Made by a program: the position numbers and the translations under genes. Source: Franconibacter helveticus LMG 23732 (lineage in GTDB: Bacteria; Pseudomonadota; Gammaproteobacteria; Enterobacterales; Enterobacteriaceae). From it: DNA of 24,000 bases. Positions 9,825 through 21,748 of this stretch are shown here, one piece after another (position 1 is the stretch's first letter; the number at the start of each line of letters is the position of its first letter). The stretch lies in contig NZ_AWFX01000057.1 in assembly GCF_000463115.2 (NCBI RefSeq), forward strand, positions 21,953 to 45,952, read 5' to 3'. The notes under the pieces are model-generated. The model made no database searches and had not been told where the DNA came from. It was given only the letters and a program-made list of their open reading frames with translations.

Positions 9825-9957
9825 CGTTATGCGTCATCTCATCATGAAAACAGCATAGCGATTTCTTCATGACCCGCGCTATTCGGGTCATGCGGCCTCC
9901 TGCTGCCTTCATCCGGGCGACGCGCTCTGAACCCCTACAACTCCATTTGAAAACTAA

Positions 9958-11310
<1,353 letters not shown>

Positions 11311-11331
11311 CCCTGTCTGGAGAGTTGTTTC

Positions 11332-12354
11332 ATGTTGAATATCGATAAAAGCACCGTGGATTTCCTGGTCACTGAAAATATGGTTCAGGAAGTGGAGAAG
11401 ATTCTGGAGAAGGATGTGCCACGCGTGCACGCCATCGTCGATGAAATGATTAAGCGCGGCATCGACCGCATCTATTTTGTCGCCTGCGGCTCGCCGCTTA
11501 ACGCCGCGCAAACGGCGAAGCATCTTGCCGACCGTTTCTCCAGCTTGCAGGTTTACGCCCTTTCCGGCTGGGAGTTCTGCGACAACACGCCGTACCGTCT
11601 GGACTCAAAATGCGCAGTTATCGGCGTTTCCGACTACGGCAAAACCGAAGAAGTGATCAAAGCGCTGGAGCTTGGCGCCGCCTGCGGCGCGCTGACCGCC
11701 GCGTTCACCAAGCGCCCGGACAGCCCGATTGTGCAGGCCGCCGAACATGTGGTGGCGTACGAAGCGGACTGCATCTGGGAGATCCATCTGCTGCTCTGCT
11801 ACAGCGTGGTGCTGGAGATGATCACCCGCCTCGCGCCGCATGCCGAAATCGGCAAAATCAAAAACGATCTGCGCAAGCTGCCGCAGGCGCTGGGTCATCT
11901 GGTGCGCACCTGGGAAGATAAAGGCCGCCAGCTTGGCGAGCAGGCTTCGCAATGGCCGATGATCTATACCGTTTCCGCAGGCCCGCTGCGCCCGCTCGGT
12001 TACAAAGAGGGCATCGTCACCCTGATGGAATTCACCTGGACCCATGGCTCGGTGATTGAGAGCGGCGAGTTCCGCCACGGCCCGCTGGAGATCGTCGAGC
12101 CGGGCGTACCGTTCCTCTTCCTGCTGGGCAATGATGAAAGCCGCCATACCACCGAGCGCGCCATTCGCTTTGTGCGCCAGCGCACCGATAACGTCATCGT
12201 TATCGACTACGAAGAGATTTCCCAGGGGCTGCATCCGTGGCTTGCGCCGTTCCTGATGTTCGTGCCGATGGAGTGGCTCTGCTACTACCTCTCCATTTAC
12301 AAAGATCACAACCCGGACGACCGCCGTTACTACGGCGGCATTGTCGAGTATTAA
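11332..12354 (+). CDS. frlB: Fructoselysine-6-phosphate deglycase (SIS domain)
   Basis: 340 aa, [23 protein letters not shown]..., ending YYGGIVEY, the same length as E. coli FrlB and nearly identical to it. SD GGAGAG lies upstream. Confidence 0.93.
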   Translation: MLNIDKSTVDFLVTENMVQEVEKILEKDVPRVHAIVDEMIKRGIDRIYFVACGSPLNAAQTAKHLADRFSSLQVYALSGWEFCDNTPYRLDSKCAVIGVSDYGKTEEVIKALELGAACGALTAAFTKRPDSPIVQAAEHVVAYEADCIWEIHLLLCYSVVLEMITRLAPHAEIGKIKNDLRKLPQALGHLVRTWEDKGRQLGEQASQWPMIYTVSAGPLRPLGYKEGIVTLMEFTWTHGSVIESGEFRHGPLEIVEPGVPFLFLLGNDESRHTTERAIRFVRQRTDNVIVIDYEEISQGLHPWLAPFLMFVPMEWLCYYLSIYKDHNPDDRRYYGGIVEY

Positions 12355-12406
12355 TCCCCGCCCGGCCTCTGCGGGGGGCCGGGACTTTCATGCAAGGAGA
12401 AGGGTT

Positions 12407-13237
12407 ATGAAAACGGGTATGTTTACCTGCGGGCATCAGCGTTTGCCGCTGGAGCACGCCTTTCGCGACGCGCACGAACTGGGCTACGACGGGATCGAGC
12501 TGTGGGGCGGCAGGCCGCACGCCTTTGCGCCGGACTTAAAAGCGGGCGGCATCCGCCACGTTAAAGAACTTTCTCGCCTGTATCAGATGCCCATCATCGG
12601 CTATACGCCGGAGACCAACGGCTATCCGTACAATATGATGCTGGGCGACGAACGGATGCGCCGGGAAAGTCTGGATATGATCAAGCTTGCCATGGAGATG
12701 GCGAAAGAGATGGGCGCGGGCTTCACAATGATTTCTGCGGCGCATGCGGGTTATCTCACCACGCCGGAGGTTATCTGGCAGCGCCTCGCCGATAACCTGC
12801 GCGAGCTGGCGGACTTCGCCGAGGACATCGGCATCGACCTGCTGCTGGAGCCGCTCACGCCCTATGAATCCAATGTGGTTTGTAATGCTAACGACGTGCT
12901 GCGCGCCCTTGCGCTTGTTCCCTCGCCGCGGCTTTACAGCATGGTCGATATCTGCGCGCCGTTTGTTCAGGGCGAGCCGGTGATGAGCTACTTCGACAAG
13001 CTTGGCGACAAGCTGCGCCATTTGCATATCGTCGACAGCGACGGCGCCAGCGACAGCCACTATATTCCGGGCGAAGGCAAAATGCCGCTGCGCGAGCTGA
13101 TGCGCGATATTATCGACCGGGGCTATGACGGCTACTGCACCATTGAACTGGTCACCATGTACATGAACGAACCGCGGCTTTACGCCCGTAAGGCGCTGGC
13201 GCGCTTTCGCGAACTTTTAACGCAGGAGGCGCAATGA
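12407..13237 (+). CDS. frlC: Fructoselysine 3-epimerase (xylose isomerase-like TIM barrel)
   Basis: The ORF-track start at 12341 adds 22 non-homologous residues. Homology to the 276-aa E. coli FrlC starts at [22 protein letters not shown] (ATG 12407), preceded by SD AAGGAGAA. Confidence 0.92.
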   Translation: MKTGMFTCGHQRLPLEHAFRDAHELGYDGIELWGGRPHAFAPDLKAGGIRHVKELSRLYQMPIIGYTPETNGYPYNMMLGDERMRRESLDMIKLAMEMAKEMGAGFTMISAAHAGYLTTPEVIWQRLADNLRELADFAEDIGIDLLLEPLTPYESNVVCNANDVLRALALVPSPRLYSMVDICAPFVQGEPVMSYFDKLGDKLRHLHIVDSDGASDSHYIPGEGKMPLRELMRDIIDRGYDGYCTIELVTMYMNEPRLYARKALARFRELLTQEAQ

Positions 13238-14019
13238 AAAAGCTGGCGACAGTAGGCGATAACTGCGTGGATATCTATGCGCAGCTCGGCAAAGCGTTTT
13301 CCGGCGGCAACGCCGTAAACGTGGCGGTTTACAGTACCCGTTACGGCATGCAACCCACCTGTGTGAGCTGGGTAGGCGATGATGATTACGGCAAGATGCT
13401 CCGGCGCGACCTGGAGCAAAAAGGCGTGAATACCTTTCGCCTGCGCGTAAAGCCGGGCGTGACGGCGCAAACACAGGTAGAGCTTCGTAACAATGATCGC
13501 ATTCTTGGCGATTATACCGAAGGCGTAATGGCGGCGTTCCAGGTGAGCGAAGAAGATCTCGACTGGTTAAAAAGCTTCGACATCATCCACTCCGCCATCT
13601 GGGGCCACGCCGAAGGGGCGTTTCCCGCGCTGAAGGCCGCAGGAAAAATCCTCTCATTTGATTTCGCCGATAAATGGGAAAGCCCGCTGTGGCGTACGCT
13701 GCCGGAGCATCTGGATTATCTCTTCGCTTCAGCGAATGAAGAGACGCCCTGGCTGCGTGACCGGCTGCAAACGGTAGTGCAGTGCGGCGCAGGCGTCGCC
13801 ATCGCCACCCTTGGGGAAAACGGCAGCCTGGCGTGGGACGGAAAACAGTTCTGGCGAATGCCGCCGGAACTGGTGGACGTGGTGGATACAATGGGCGCGG
13901 GCGATTCTTACATCGCAGGCTTTCTTTGCGCCATTGCCGCCAACCTGCCGCTGCACGAAGCCATGAAGCAGGGGACGCAGTGCGCCGCCAGAACCCTCAG
14001 CTACCACGGCGCATGGTAA
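13234..14019 (+). CDS. frlD: Fructoselysine 6-kinase (PfkB family)
   Basis: 261 aa, [33 protein letters not shown]..., with the C-terminal PfkB motif [13 protein letters not shown]. Same length as E. coli FrlD. There is a 4-nt ATGA overlap with frlC and SD AGGAGG. Confidence 0.93.
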   Translation: MKKLATVGDNCVDIYAQLGKAFSGGNAVNVAVYSTRYGMQPTCVSWVGDDDYGKMLRRDLEQKGVNTFRLRVKPGVTAQTQVELRNNDRILGDYTEGVMAAFQVSEEDLDWLKSFDIIHSAIWGHAEGAFPALKAAGKILSFDFADKWESPLWRTLPEHLDYLFASANEETPWLRDRLQTVVQCGAGVAIATLGENGSLAWDGKQFWRMPPELVDVVDTMGAGDSYIAGFLCAIAANLPLHEAMKQGTQCAARTLSYHGAW

Positions 14020-14024
14020 GGACT

Positions 14025-14054
14025 GCGTTGGCGTGACGAGCCTCACGCCAACGC
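14025..14054 (+). terminator. Strong perfect hairpin after frlD; a candidate terminator or mRNA 3' stabiliser, but it has no U-tract
   Basis: GCGTTGGCGTGA-cgagcc-TCACGCCAACGC: a 12-bp perfect stem with a 6-nt loop, starting 6 nt after the frlD stop. It is followed by CCTGTTAC rather than a T run. Confidence 0.4.
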
Positions 14055-14079
14055 CCTGTTACTCAACAATAAAGGCTCC

Positions 14080-14085
14080 TATAAT
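14080..14085 (+). promoter_or_regulatory. Candidate frlR-specific promoter -10
   Basis: Perfect TATAAT 36 bp upstream of the frlR ATG. The -35 region is weak (TGTTAC/TTACTC). Confidence 0.4.
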
Positions 14086-14120
14086 CAACCCCACGCTTTT
14101 TACAACCTCAGGGTCGATTC

Positions 14121-14852
14121 ATGCCAGCTACGGAGCGCTATTCCCACCAACTTCTCTACGCCACCGTGCGCCAGCGTCTGCTGGATGATATCGAGCAGGG
14201 CGTTTACCAGGCCGGACAGCAGATCCCTACCGAAAACGAACTTTGCGCGCTCTATAACGTCAGCCGCATTACCATCCGCAAGGCTATCAGCGACCTGGTA
14301 AAAGATGGCGTGTTGATCCGCTGGCAGGGGAAAGGCACGTTCGTACAAAGCAAAAAGGTGGAGAACGCGTTGCTGACGGTGAGCGGCTTTACCGATTTCG
14401 GCGTCTCTCAGGGCAAACTCACGAAAGAAGAAGTGATTGAGCAGGCGCGGGTCAGCGCCGACCCGTTCTGCGAAAAACTCAACATTCCCGGCGGCAGTGA
14501 GATGTTTCTGCTGCGCCGGGTTATGTATCTTGATGGCGAACCGCTTTTTATCGACGGCTCCTGGATCCCGCTCGCGCGTTATCCACAATTTGACGAGATT
14601 TACACCGCTGGCGCCTCAACTTACCAGCTGTTTCAGGAGCGATACGATACGCGGGTAGTCAGCGATAAAAAAACCATCGACATTTTCACTGCCACTAAAT
14701 CAGAAGCGCAGTGGCTGAAGTGCGAACTGGGCGAGCCGCTTTTTCGTATCAGCAAAATTGCTTTCGATCAGCACGATCGTCCCGTGCACTTTTCTGAATT
14801 GTTCTGCCGGGCCAACCGGGTCAGCCTCACTATAGATAACCAGCGGCGTTGA
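14121..14852 (+). CDS. frlR: GntR/HutC-family transcriptional repressor of the frl operon
   Basis: 243 aa, MPATERYSHQLLYATVRQRLLDDIEQGVYQAGQQIPTENELCALYNVSRITIRKAI..., the same length as E. coli FrlR and near-identical to it. It has an N-terminal winged helix-turn-helix (HTH) and a C-terminal UTRA-type domain. Confidence 0.93.
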   Translation: MPATERYSHQLLYATVRQRLLDDIEQGVYQAGQQIPTENELCALYNVSRITIRKAISDLVKDGVLIRWQGKGTFVQSKKVENALLTVSGFTDFGVSQGKLTKEEVIEQARVSADPFCEKLNIPGGSEMFLLRRVMYLDGEPLFIDGSWIPLARYPQFDEIYTAGASTYQLFQERYDTRVVSDKKTIDIFTATKSEAQWLKCELGEPLFRISKIAFDQHDRPVHFSELFCRANRVSLTIDNQRR

Positions 14853-15050
14853 AGCCTTATGCTGGCATTCTTTAAGGGTTCCTTTAATTTTCCGGTTACC
14901 CAAAAAGGAAGCGGTTTTTATTCCGGTAGAGGGTCTTTTTCCAGACGTTGACGCGCCGACGTCTGAAGCGCATAACTCTCTCCCGTTATGTTTTATTCAC
15001 AAATATATTCATAACGAATACCAGGAATCTGCAATTAATAGGGATGAAGA

Positions 15051-15218
15051 ATGAATCGTATCGTGAAACTCACTGTTCTGGCTGTCGCGCTCTCCACACT
15101 TACCGCCTGCACCGGGCATATTGAAAATAAACAGAAAAATTGCAGCTACGATTATCTGCTGCATCCAGCTATTTCTATTTCTAAAATTATTGGCGGCTGC
15201 GGCCCGGCAGCAGAGTAA
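15051..15218 (+). CDS. yhfL: Small lipoprotein YhfL (55 aa)
   Basis: Below the ORF-track cut-off. My translation is MNRIVKLTVLAVALSTLTACTGHIENKQKNCSYDYLLHPAISISKIIGGCGPAAE. It carries the lipobox LTAC and closely matches my recollection of E. coli YhfL (MNKFIKVALVGAVLATLTACTGHIENRDKNCSYDYLLHPAISISKIIGGCGPTAQ). Confidence 0.85.
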   Translation: MNRIVKLTVLAVALSTLTACTGHIENKQKNCSYDYLLHPAISISKIIGGCGPAAE

Positions 15219-15248
15219 TAATGGCCGGGCGTTAGAGCAGATATAAAA

Positions 15249-15270
15249 AAACCGGGACATTTCCCGGTTT
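15249..15270. terminator. Bidirectional rho-independent terminator between convergent yhfL and trpS
   Basis: AAACCGGGA-catt-TCCCGGTTT, with an A-run on the left and a T-run on the right (aaaaaaaccgggacatttcccggttttt). It can therefore terminate transcription on both strands. Confidence 0.75.
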
Positions 15271-15277
15271 TTCTCTT

Positions 15278-16282
15278 TTACGGTTGAGCGACGAAGCCGA
15301 TGGCTTCATAAACCGCTTTCAGCGTCTGGGACGCGTGGGCGCGCGCTTTTTCCGCCCCCTCTTTCATCACGCTTTGCAGGAAAGCTTCGTCGTTGCGGTA
15401 GCGGTGGTAGCGCTCCTGCAACTCGGTCAACATGCCGGAGACAGCTTCCGCCACTTCGCCTTTCAGATGACCATACATTTTGCCTTCGAAATGCTGTTCA
15501 AGCTCGGCGATGCTCTTGCCGTTTACGGCGCTCAGAATATCCAGCAGGTTAGACACGCCCGCTTTGTTGGCCACGTCATAACGCACAACCGGCGGCTCGT
15601 CGGAGTCGGTGACGGCGCGTTTAATCTTTTTCACCACTGATTTCGGATCTTCCAGCAGGCCGATGACGTTGTTGCGGTTGTCGTCAGACTTGGACATCTT
15701 CTTAGTCGGTTCAAGCAGCGACATGACGCGCGCGCCTGATTTCGGAATAAACGGCTCCGGCACTTTGAAGATATCGCCATAGATAGCATTAAAGCGTTGC
15801 GCCACATCGCGGCTCAGCTCCAGGTGCTGCTTCTGATCTTCGCCCACCGGCACCAGATTGGTCTGATACAGCAGGATATCCGCCGCCATCAGCACCGGGT
15901 AGTCGAACAGGCCGGCGTTGATGTTTTCGGCATAGCGCGCTGATTTATCTTTAAACTGCGTCATGCGGCTCAGTTCGCCGAAATAGGTATAGCAATTCAG
16001 CGCCCAGCCAAGCTGCGCGTGTTCTGGTACGTGAGACTGTACGAAAATGGTGCTCTTTTTCGGGTCGATGCCGCAGGCGAGGTAGAGCGCGAGCGTATCA
16101 AGGGTCGCTTTGCGCAGCGCTGCCGGGTCCTGACGCACAGTGATGGCGTGCTGGTCAACGATACAGTAGATGCAATGGTAGTCGTCCTGCATGTTAACCC
16201 ACTGACGCAGCGCACCCATGTAGTTACCAATGGTCAATTCACCTGATGGCTGCGCGCCGCTAAAAACGATGGGCTTACTCAT
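15278..16282 (-). CDS. trpS: Tryptophan--tRNA ligase
   Basis: 334 aa, [28 protein letters not shown]..., with the class I signature KMSKS present. Near-identical to E. coli TrpS. Confidence 0.97.
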   Translation of the reverse strand: MSKPIVFSGAQPSGELTIGNYMGALRQWVNMQDDYHCIYCIVDQHAITVRQDPAALRKATLDTLALYLACGIDPKKSTIFVQSHVPEHAQLGWALNCYTYFGELSRMTQFKDKSARYAENINAGLFDYPVLMAADILLYQTNLVPVGEDQKQHLELSRDVAQRFNAIYGDIFKVPEPFIPKSGARVMSLLEPTKKMSKSDDNRNNVIGLLEDPKSVVKKIKRAVTDSDEPPVVRYDVANKAGVSNLLDILSAVNGKSIAELEQHFEGKMYGHLKGEVAEAVSGMLTELQERYHRYRNDEAFLQSVMKEGAEKARAHASQTLKAVYEAIGFVAQP

Positions 16283-17036
16283 TTTTCAATTCCTGATTTT
16301 CACTGTGGGGTAGCCCGAGAGCGGGCAAAAGGTCACGGAAGTGGTCGAAGATAATATCGGGTTTGCTTAACGCTATCGCTTCGCCATAGTTATAGCCATA
16401 CGTCAGGCCCACCGAGCAGCAGCCCGCAGCCTGAGCGGCCAGAATATCATTACGCGAATCGCCGACAAACAGCAATTCCGGCGCCGAAAGCTGAAGTTTC
16501 TCAAGCACCATCAGCAGCGGCTCCGGATGCGGCTTTTTATTAACCACGTCATCGCCGCCGATAATCACAGCAAAAAACTCAGCGATACCCAGCGCTTCCA
16601 GCAGCGGCGCCACGAAAGGGGTCGGCTTGTTGGTGACCAGCGCCATCGGCATGCCGTTATCATGTAAAGCGCGCAGCGTCTGCTCAACGTCCGGAAACAG
16701 GAAGCTGCTCTCCCCGACGACTTCGCCATAGTAACGGTCAAAAAGCTTGCGCAGCATACGCGCCTGCTCCGCTTCGGGAATATCCATCGCGTCCAGCGGC
16801 GGCTTTCCGGCGGCGGCGCGCAGGGCCGCCTTTTCATCACGCGCCCATTTCAGCGCGCGCTCCACCAGCACATCGGCGCCGTTGCCAATCCAGGTGATGA
16901 CCCGCGCCTCGCCCGCCGGCGGCAGCTCCAGCGCGTAAAGCGCGTTGTCTATGGCGTACGTCAGCCCCGGCGCGCTGTCGACCAGCGTACCGTCGAGGTC
17001 AAACGCCACGCCGCGAATGGCCTGTAACTTATCCAT
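16275..17036 (-). CDS. gph: Phosphoglycolate phosphatase (HAD family)
   Basis: 253 aa with HAD motif [11 protein letters not shown]. Colinear with E. coli Gph. Its stop overlaps the trpS start by 8 nt (ATGAGTAA). Confidence 0.93.
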   Translation of the reverse strand: MDKLQAIRGVAFDLDGTLVDSAPGLTYAIDNALYALELPPAGEARVITWIGNGADVLVERALKWARDEKAALRAAAGKPPLDAMDIPEAEQARMLRKLFDRYYGEVVGESSFLFPDVEQTLRALHDNGMPMALVTNKPTPFVAPLLEALGIAEFFAVIIGGDDVVNKKPHPEPLLMVLEKLQLSAPELLFVGDSRNDILAAQAAGCCSVGLTYGYNYGEAIALSKPDIIFDHFRDLLPALGLPHSENQELKNE

Positions 17037-17706
17037 GGCTTACCTTCGCCAGTTCGCTGCGCATTTCATCAATAACTTGTTTGTAATCAGGCTGATTAAA
17101 GATAGCGGAGCCTGCGACAAACATATCGGCGCCCGCGGCGGCGATTTCGCCAATATTGTCCGCTTTCACGCCGCCATCCACTTCCAGCCGGATATCGCGC
17201 CCGGAAGCATCGATGCGCCTGCGCACCTCTTTGAGCTTTTCAAGCGTATGCGGAATAAACGACTGGCCGCCAAAACCCGGGTTCACCGACATCAGCAGAA
17301 TAACGTCCAGCTTGTCCATAACGTGATCGAGCCAGTTGAGCGAGGTGGCGGGGTTCAGCACCAGACCGGCTTTGCAGCCATGCTCTTTGATAAGCTGCAA
17401 CGAGCGGTCAACATGTTCGGAAGCTTCAGGATGGAAGGTAATATACGTTGCGCCCGCTGCGGCGAAGTCCGGGATGATTCTGTCGACAGGCTTAACCATT
17501 AAATGAACGTCTATCGGCGCGGTGATGCCGTAGTCGCGCAGCGCTTTCAGCACCATCGGCCCCATCGTGAGATTGGGCACGTAATGGTTATCCATAACGT
17601 CAAAATGGACGACATCGCCGCCAGCCGCCAGGGCGCGGGCGGTATCTTCGCCCAGGCGAGCGAAGTCTGCCGACAGGATCGAGGGGGCAATCAAATACTG
17701 TTTCAT
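17029..17706 (-). CDS. rpe: Ribulose-phosphate 3-epimerase
   Basis: Trimmed to [23 protein letters not shown]... (225 aa, the same as E. coli Rpe). SD GGAGAA precedes ATG 17706. Its stop overlaps the gph start by 8 nt (ATGGATAA). Confidence 0.95.
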   Translation of the reverse strand: MKQYLIAPSILSADFARLGEDTARALAAGGDVVHFDVMDNHYVPNLTMGPMVLKALRDYGITAPIDVHLMVKPVDRIIPDFAAAGATYITFHPEASEHVDRSLQLIKEHGCKAGLVLNPATSLNWLDHVMDKLDVILLMSVNPGFGGQSFIPHTLEKLKEVRRRIDASGRDIRLEVDGGVKADNIGEIAAAGADMFVAGSAIFNQPDYKQVIDEMRSELAKVSHG

Positions 17707-17747
17707 CCGCTTCTCCATTAAAAGTATTTTATGGCGGGCGAAACGGC

Positions 17748-18563
17748 TCAGGCTTGATAGAGCGCCAGCAGTTCGTCCACCTTCTTACGTGTGCCGCCGT
17801 TGCTGCTAATGCTGCGTCTGACTTTTACCTTATGCAGCTTTGTTGCCTGCTGATACCAGACGCGCGTCAGCGCGGTATCGTGGTTAGAGATAAGCACCGG
17901 AATTTGGTTGCTGCGCAAGCCTTCCGCCAGTTCAGCCAGTTGCTGCTGCTGCGCCAGGTTAAAGCTGTTGGTGTGATAAGCCGTAAAGTTGGCAGTCGCG
18001 GAGAGCGGCGCATAGGGCGGATCGCAGTAAACAACGGAGCCTGCTTTAGCGCGAATCATGCTGGCATCGTAGGACTCACAAAAAAACAGAGCGTTCTGCG
18101 CGCGCTCGGCAAAGTGATACAGCTCCTCTTCCGGGAAGTAAGGCTTCTTATAGCGGCCAAACGGCACGTTAAACTCGCCGCGCATGTTATAGCGACACAG
18201 GCCATTGTAGCCGTGGCGGTTAAGATACAAAAAGAGCAACGAACGGCGAAAAGGGTCGACGCTCTGGTTAAACTCTTCGCGCAACTGGTAATAGACTTCC
18301 GACTGATTATGCGACGCGGTAAACAGCAAACGCGCTTCGTTAACGTAATCGTCCGGCTTGTCCTTAACGGTATTGTAGAGGCTTATCAGGTCGCTATTGA
18401 TATCGGCGAGGATATAGCGCGAATAATCCGTATTGAGGAAGACCGAACCTGCGCCAACAAACGGCTCGATGAGGCAATCGCCATCAGGGAGATGACGTTT
18501 TATATCGTCGAGCAGGGGGTATTTCCCCCCTGCCCATTTCAAAAAAGCGCGATGTTTTTTCAT
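17748..18563 (-). CDS. dam: DNA adenine methyltransferase (GATC-specific)
   Basis: Trimmed to [26 protein letters not shown]... (271 aa). The catalytic motif DPPY is present ([11 protein letters not shown]). Colinear with E. coli Dam but lacks its last few C-terminal residues. Confidence 0.93.
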   Translation of the reverse strand: MKKHRAFLKWAGGKYPLLDDIKRHLPDGDCLIEPFVGAGSVFLNTDYSRYILADINSDLISLYNTVKDKPDDYVNEARLLFTASHNQSEVYYQLREEFNQSVDPFRRSLLFLYLNRHGYNGLCRYNMRGEFNVPFGRYKKPYFPEEELYHFAERAQNALFFCESYDASMIRAKAGSVVYCDPPYAPLSATANFTAYHTNSFNLAQQQQLAELAEGLRSNQIPVLISNHDTALTRVWYQQATKLHKVKVRRSISSNGGTRKKVDELLALYQA

Positions 18564-18630
18564 GCTGCTTGTTACTTTACCTTTCCCCGCTGTGGAGAAA
18601 GGCTCCGACAGCATACTGCGCTTTTACTCA

Positions 18631-19986
18631 TTATTTCAGATCGGACTGAACCTGGTGAATCGGCTTCGCCCACGGGTTCTTCGCCTGAACATCGGCAGGC
18701 AGCGTAGAAACCGCGCGCTTCGCTTCATCTTTAGAGGCGTAAACGCCGCTCACCAGCACATACCACGGCTGACCGTTACGGGTCGTTTGATAGACCACGT
18801 AGTTTTTCAGGTTCTCTTTTTTCGCCCACGCGTTGAGGTTGTTGTAGTTCGAGGAACTACTCAGTTGCAGCGTGTAGTGGCTGGACGGCGCGGACTTCAG
18901 CGAACCGACATTGCCGGTCGCGGCGGCTGGCGCGCTGGCGCTTTGCGCAGGCGCGGCGGCCTTAGGCGCGCTGGCGGTAGCGGTGGCTGGCGCGGAGGCT
19001 TTAGGCGCGGCGGTAGTCGCCGCAGGCGCTTTCACCGGCTCGGACGCGGTGCCGCTGGCTGGCGCGGAGACTGGTTCGCTACGCTTCGTCGTTGTGACAG
19101 GCTTCGGCTCGCTGGCAGGCGTTTTTGCGGTTGCCTGCGGCTTGCTTTGGGTCGGTTGCGCTTTGCGCGGCTCCGGCTCAATCACCACCTGTTTGCGCTC
19201 ATGACGCGGCGCTGCGGCCTGGCGGGAAGCAGGCTCCTGCGGCGCGGCCTGACGGGAAGCGGCGTTGTTATTACCTACCGCCGCCACGGTGGCAGGTTCG
19301 GTTGGCAGCGTCGAAGCGCCGGATACGGCGTTATCGATCTGCCCCTGCTGCTGGGTCAGCGCGTTATTCAAATCGCCCTGCACTTCAACGCGCTGCTGGT
19401 TAGCAGGCTGCGGCTGCGCCTGGCCCTGCGTCGGCGTAGAAGAGATTGGCGGTAAAGTGACATCCTGCGGGTTGTTGCCCGGCGCCGGGTTAGCGGCAGA
19501 GGTTTCACCCGGCTGCGGCTGCGCGCCGTTAGCCTGGTCGGCAGGCGTGCCGCCGTTACTGGCATTGCCCGCGAGATCGATATTCTTTTCAGCAGGCTGG
19601 TTTTGCGCGCTGGAGTCGGACGACGGCCCCTGAAGCGCGGAGCCAATGCCGATAATCAACACCAGCAGCACCAGAATGCCGAGCGCCATCATCAGATGCT
19701 GGCGCGAAACCGGGCCTTTAGCCGGCGCTTTTTTACGCTTGCGCGGACGACGCTCAACCGCTTCTTCGTCTGTCGCTTCATCCGCTTCGTATGCTTCGTC
19801 TTCGCGTACACGCTCTTCTTCGCGCGCGCGACGGGTGCGAGAAGGACGCGGATCGTCAGCGTCCAGCTCCACATCGTTGATGTTCAACTGCGGCTCGTTA
19901 TCATAGTCAGTTGATTTACGAGAACGACCAGGACGACGATCGCTGGGATCGGGTTTCAGCTCGTCTTCCGGTTTGAATTCATCCAT
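18631..19986 (-). CDS. damX: Cell-division protein DamX (SPOR domain)
   Basis: 451 aa. The N-terminus [18 protein letters not shown], the transmembrane segment [21 protein letters not shown] and the C-terminal SPOR domain ([50 protein letters not shown]) all match E. coli DamX. The central Q/P/A-rich linker is divergent. Confidence 0.92.
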   Translation of the reverse strand: MDEFKPEDELKPDPSDRRPGRSRKSTDYDNEPQLNINDVELDADDPRPSRTRRAREEERVREDEAYEADEATDEEAVERRPRKRKKAPAKGPVSRQHLMMALGILVLLVLIIGIGSALQGPSSDSSAQNQPAEKNIDLAGNASNGGTPADQANGAQPQPGETSAANPAPGNNPQDVTLPPISSTPTQGQAQPQPANQQRVEVQGDLNNALTQQQGQIDNAVSGASTLPTEPATVAAVGNNNAASRQAAPQEPASRQAAAPRHERKQVVIEPEPRKAQPTQSKPQATAKTPASEPKPVTTTKRSEPVSAPASGTASEPVKAPAATTAAPKASAPATATASAPKAAAPAQSASAPAAATGNVGSLKSAPSSHYTLQLSSSSNYNNLNAWAKKENLKNYVVYQTTRNGQPWYVLVSGVYASKDEAKRAVSTLPADVQAKNPWAKPIHQVQSDLK

Positions 19987-20037
19987 TTAACACCCCACAC
20001 TAAGGCTTATTGCGGCCCGCGGCTACGCACATCGCCC

Positions 20038-20064
20038 GAAATAAAACGCCGCCAGATACTGGCG
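20038..20064 (-). terminator. Weak terminator/attenuator-like hairpin between aroB and damX
   Basis: On the minus strand: CGCCAG-tat-CTGGCG followed by GCGTTTTATTT. The stem is short (6 bp) with a 3-nt loop, so at best it gives partial termination inside the aroK-aroB-damX-dam transcription unit. Confidence 0.3.
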
Positions 20065-20087
20065 ACAGGCCGTTCTAATAGTTACGC

Positions 20088-21170
20088 CTACTGGCAATCA
20101 GCAATGGCGCTAATAACCACATCGTGCGGCACTCCGCCGCGCACTTCGCTTTTCCCTATCGCCAGCGGCAGCACCAAACGCAGCTCCCCCGCCAGCACTT
20201 TTTTATCGCGCATCATGTGCGGTAAATACGCTTCCGGCGCCATGGCTTCCGGCCCCGTCACAGGCAAACCCGCACGCGTTAACAGCGCGATAACCCGCTG
20301 CGTATCCGCTTCGCTGAAATTGCCAAGACGCTGCGCTGTACGCGCCGCCATAACCATGCCTGCGGCGACAGCTTCGCCGTGCAGCCAGTTGCCGTAGCCC
20401 ATTTCCGCTTCGATAGCGTGACCGAAAGTATGGCCAAGATTGAGTAAAGCACGTAAGCCGCTTTCACGCTCATCCGCCGCCACGACTTCCGCTTTTATCT
20501 CGCAGCAACGACGAATGCAATAAGCCATCGCCTCGCCATCCAGCGCCAGCAACGCATCCAGATTTTTCTCAAGCCAGTCGAAGAAATCGCCGTCAAGGAT
20601 AATGCCGTATTTGATAACTTCAGCAAGACCGGAAGCGAGTTCGCGAGCGGGCAGCGTCTTCAGGCAATCGAGATCGATAACAACAGCAGCAGGCTGATAG
20701 AACGCGCCTATCATATTTTTGCCGAGCGGATGATTTACTGCGGTTTTCCCGCCGACGGAGGAGTCAACCTGCGACAGCAGCGTAGTCGGCACCTGGATAA
20801 AGCGGACGCCTCGCTGATAGCTGGCGGCGGCAAACCCGGTGAGGTCGCCTACTACTCCGCCGCCCAGCGCGATAAGTGTGGTATCGCGACCATGCGGTTT
20901 CTCCAGCAGCGCGGTGAAAACGGTATCCATTACCGCCAGGCTTTTATATTGCTCGCCATCAGGAAGAATGACCTGATCGACCTTCACTCCCGCCTGCTCC
21001 AGCACCTGACGCACACGGGTAAGGTACAGCGGCGCCAGTGTCTCGTTGGTTACCAGCATAACCTGGTCACCCGCGCGCAAAGGCCAAAAGGAAGCCGGAT
21101 CGTTGAACAATCCGGCCGCGATGGTGATAGGGTAACTACGTTCCCCGAGAGTGACTGTCAACCTCTCCAT
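20088..21170 (-). CDS. aroB: 3-dehydroquinate synthase
   Basis: 360 aa, [28 protein letters not shown]..., colinear with and highly similar to the 362-aa E. coli AroB. Confidence 0.96.
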   Translation of the reverse strand: MERLTVTLGERSYPITIAAGLFNDPASFWPLRAGDQVMLVTNETLAPLYLTRVRQVLEQAGVKVDQVILPDGEQYKSLAVMDTVFTALLEKPHGRDTTLIALGGGVVGDLTGFAAASYQRGVRFIQVPTTLLSQVDSSVGGKTAVNHPLGKNMIGAFYQPAAVVIDLDCLKTLPARELASGLAEVIKYGIILDGDFFDWLEKNLDALLALDGEAMAYCIRRCCEIKAEVVAADERESGLRALLNLGHTFGHAIEAEMGYGNWLHGEAVAAGMVMAARTAQRLGNFSEADTQRVIALLTRAGLPVTGPEAMAPEAYLPHMMRDKKVLAGELRLVLPLAIGKSEVRGGVPHDVVISAIADCQ

Positions 21171-21226
21171 GACGCTAAGTAACCTTATGTGCTAGTACCC
21201 GCAGGCGAGTATTGGATTAGCCGGAA

Positions 21227-21748
21227 TCAGTTATTTTCCAGCATATGGATAATCTGGTTAGCCACCACTTTCGCGCTTTGATCGTCAGTACGGATGGTCA
21301 CGTCGGCGATCTCTTCATAAAGCGGATTGCGTTCGTTAGCGAGCGCTTCAAGCACTTCACGCGGCGGCGTCTCCACCTGAAGCAAAGGGCGTTTTTTATC
21401 ACGCTGGGTACGAGCAAGCTGTTTTTCGATAGTGGTTTCCAGATAAACCACAACGCCACGAGCGGAAAGACGGTTACGGGTTTCGCGGGATTTGACAGAA
21501 CCGCCACCCGTCGCGAGCACAATACCCTGTTTTTCCGTCAGCTCGTTGATAACCTTTTCCTCACGATCGCGGAAACCTTCTTCGCCTTCGACATCGAAGA
21601 CCCAGCCCACGTCAGCGCCCGTTCGTTTTTCGATTTCTTGATCAGAATCGTAGAATTCCATATTGAGCTGCTGCGCTAACTGACGCCCGATGGTGCTTTT
21701 GCCAGCGCCCATAGGCCCAACCAGAAAGATATTGCGTTTTTCTGCCAT
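21227..21748 (-). CDS. aroK: Shikimate kinase I
   Basis: Trimmed to [40 protein letters not shown]... (173 aa, the same as E. coli AroK), with Walker [10 protein letters not shown]. The ORF-track extension of 21 residues is non-homologous. Confidence 0.96.
   Translation of the reverse strand: MAEKRNIFLVGPMGAGKSTIGRQLAQQLNMEFYDSDQEIEKRTGADVGWVFDVEGEEGFRDREEKVINELTEKQGIVLATGGGSVKSRETRNRLSARGVVVYLETTIEKQLARTQRDKKRPLLQVETPPREVLEALANERNPLYEEIADVTIRTDDQSAKVVANQIIHMLENN

Noticed and set aside
14859-14951. A 30-aa sORF (MLAFFKGSFNFPVTQKGSGFYSGRGSFSRR) just downstream of frlR.
   Set aside because: It has no convincing SD and begins 7 nt after the frlR stop. Its composition is not typical of membrane toxins or leader peptides, and I have no conservation evidence. 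It would only be worth revisiting if Ribo-seq shows initiation there.
14870-14965. Possible frlR terminator hairpins: TTCCTTT...AAAGGAA at about 14877-14908 and AGACGT...ACGTCT at 14943-14964.
   Set aside because: The stems are short (6-7 bp) with long loops, and the adjacent T-tracts are poorly positioned. I could not support a confident terminator call, so frlR transcription may simply run to the terminator at 15249-15270.
15009-15260. An 83-aa ORF antisense to yhfL.
   Set aside because: The plus-strand yhfL reading is strongly supported by a near-identical E. coli homolog and a lipobox. The antisense ORF runs through the bidirectional terminator.
18900-19500. GC-rich repetitive DNA that superficially resembles a repeat array.
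   Set aside because: It is the coding sequence of the low-complexity Ala/Pro/Gln linker of DamX on the minus strand. The repeats are short, imperfect and in-frame, with no repeat-spacer periodicity, so it is not a CRISPR array or a mobile-element terminus.
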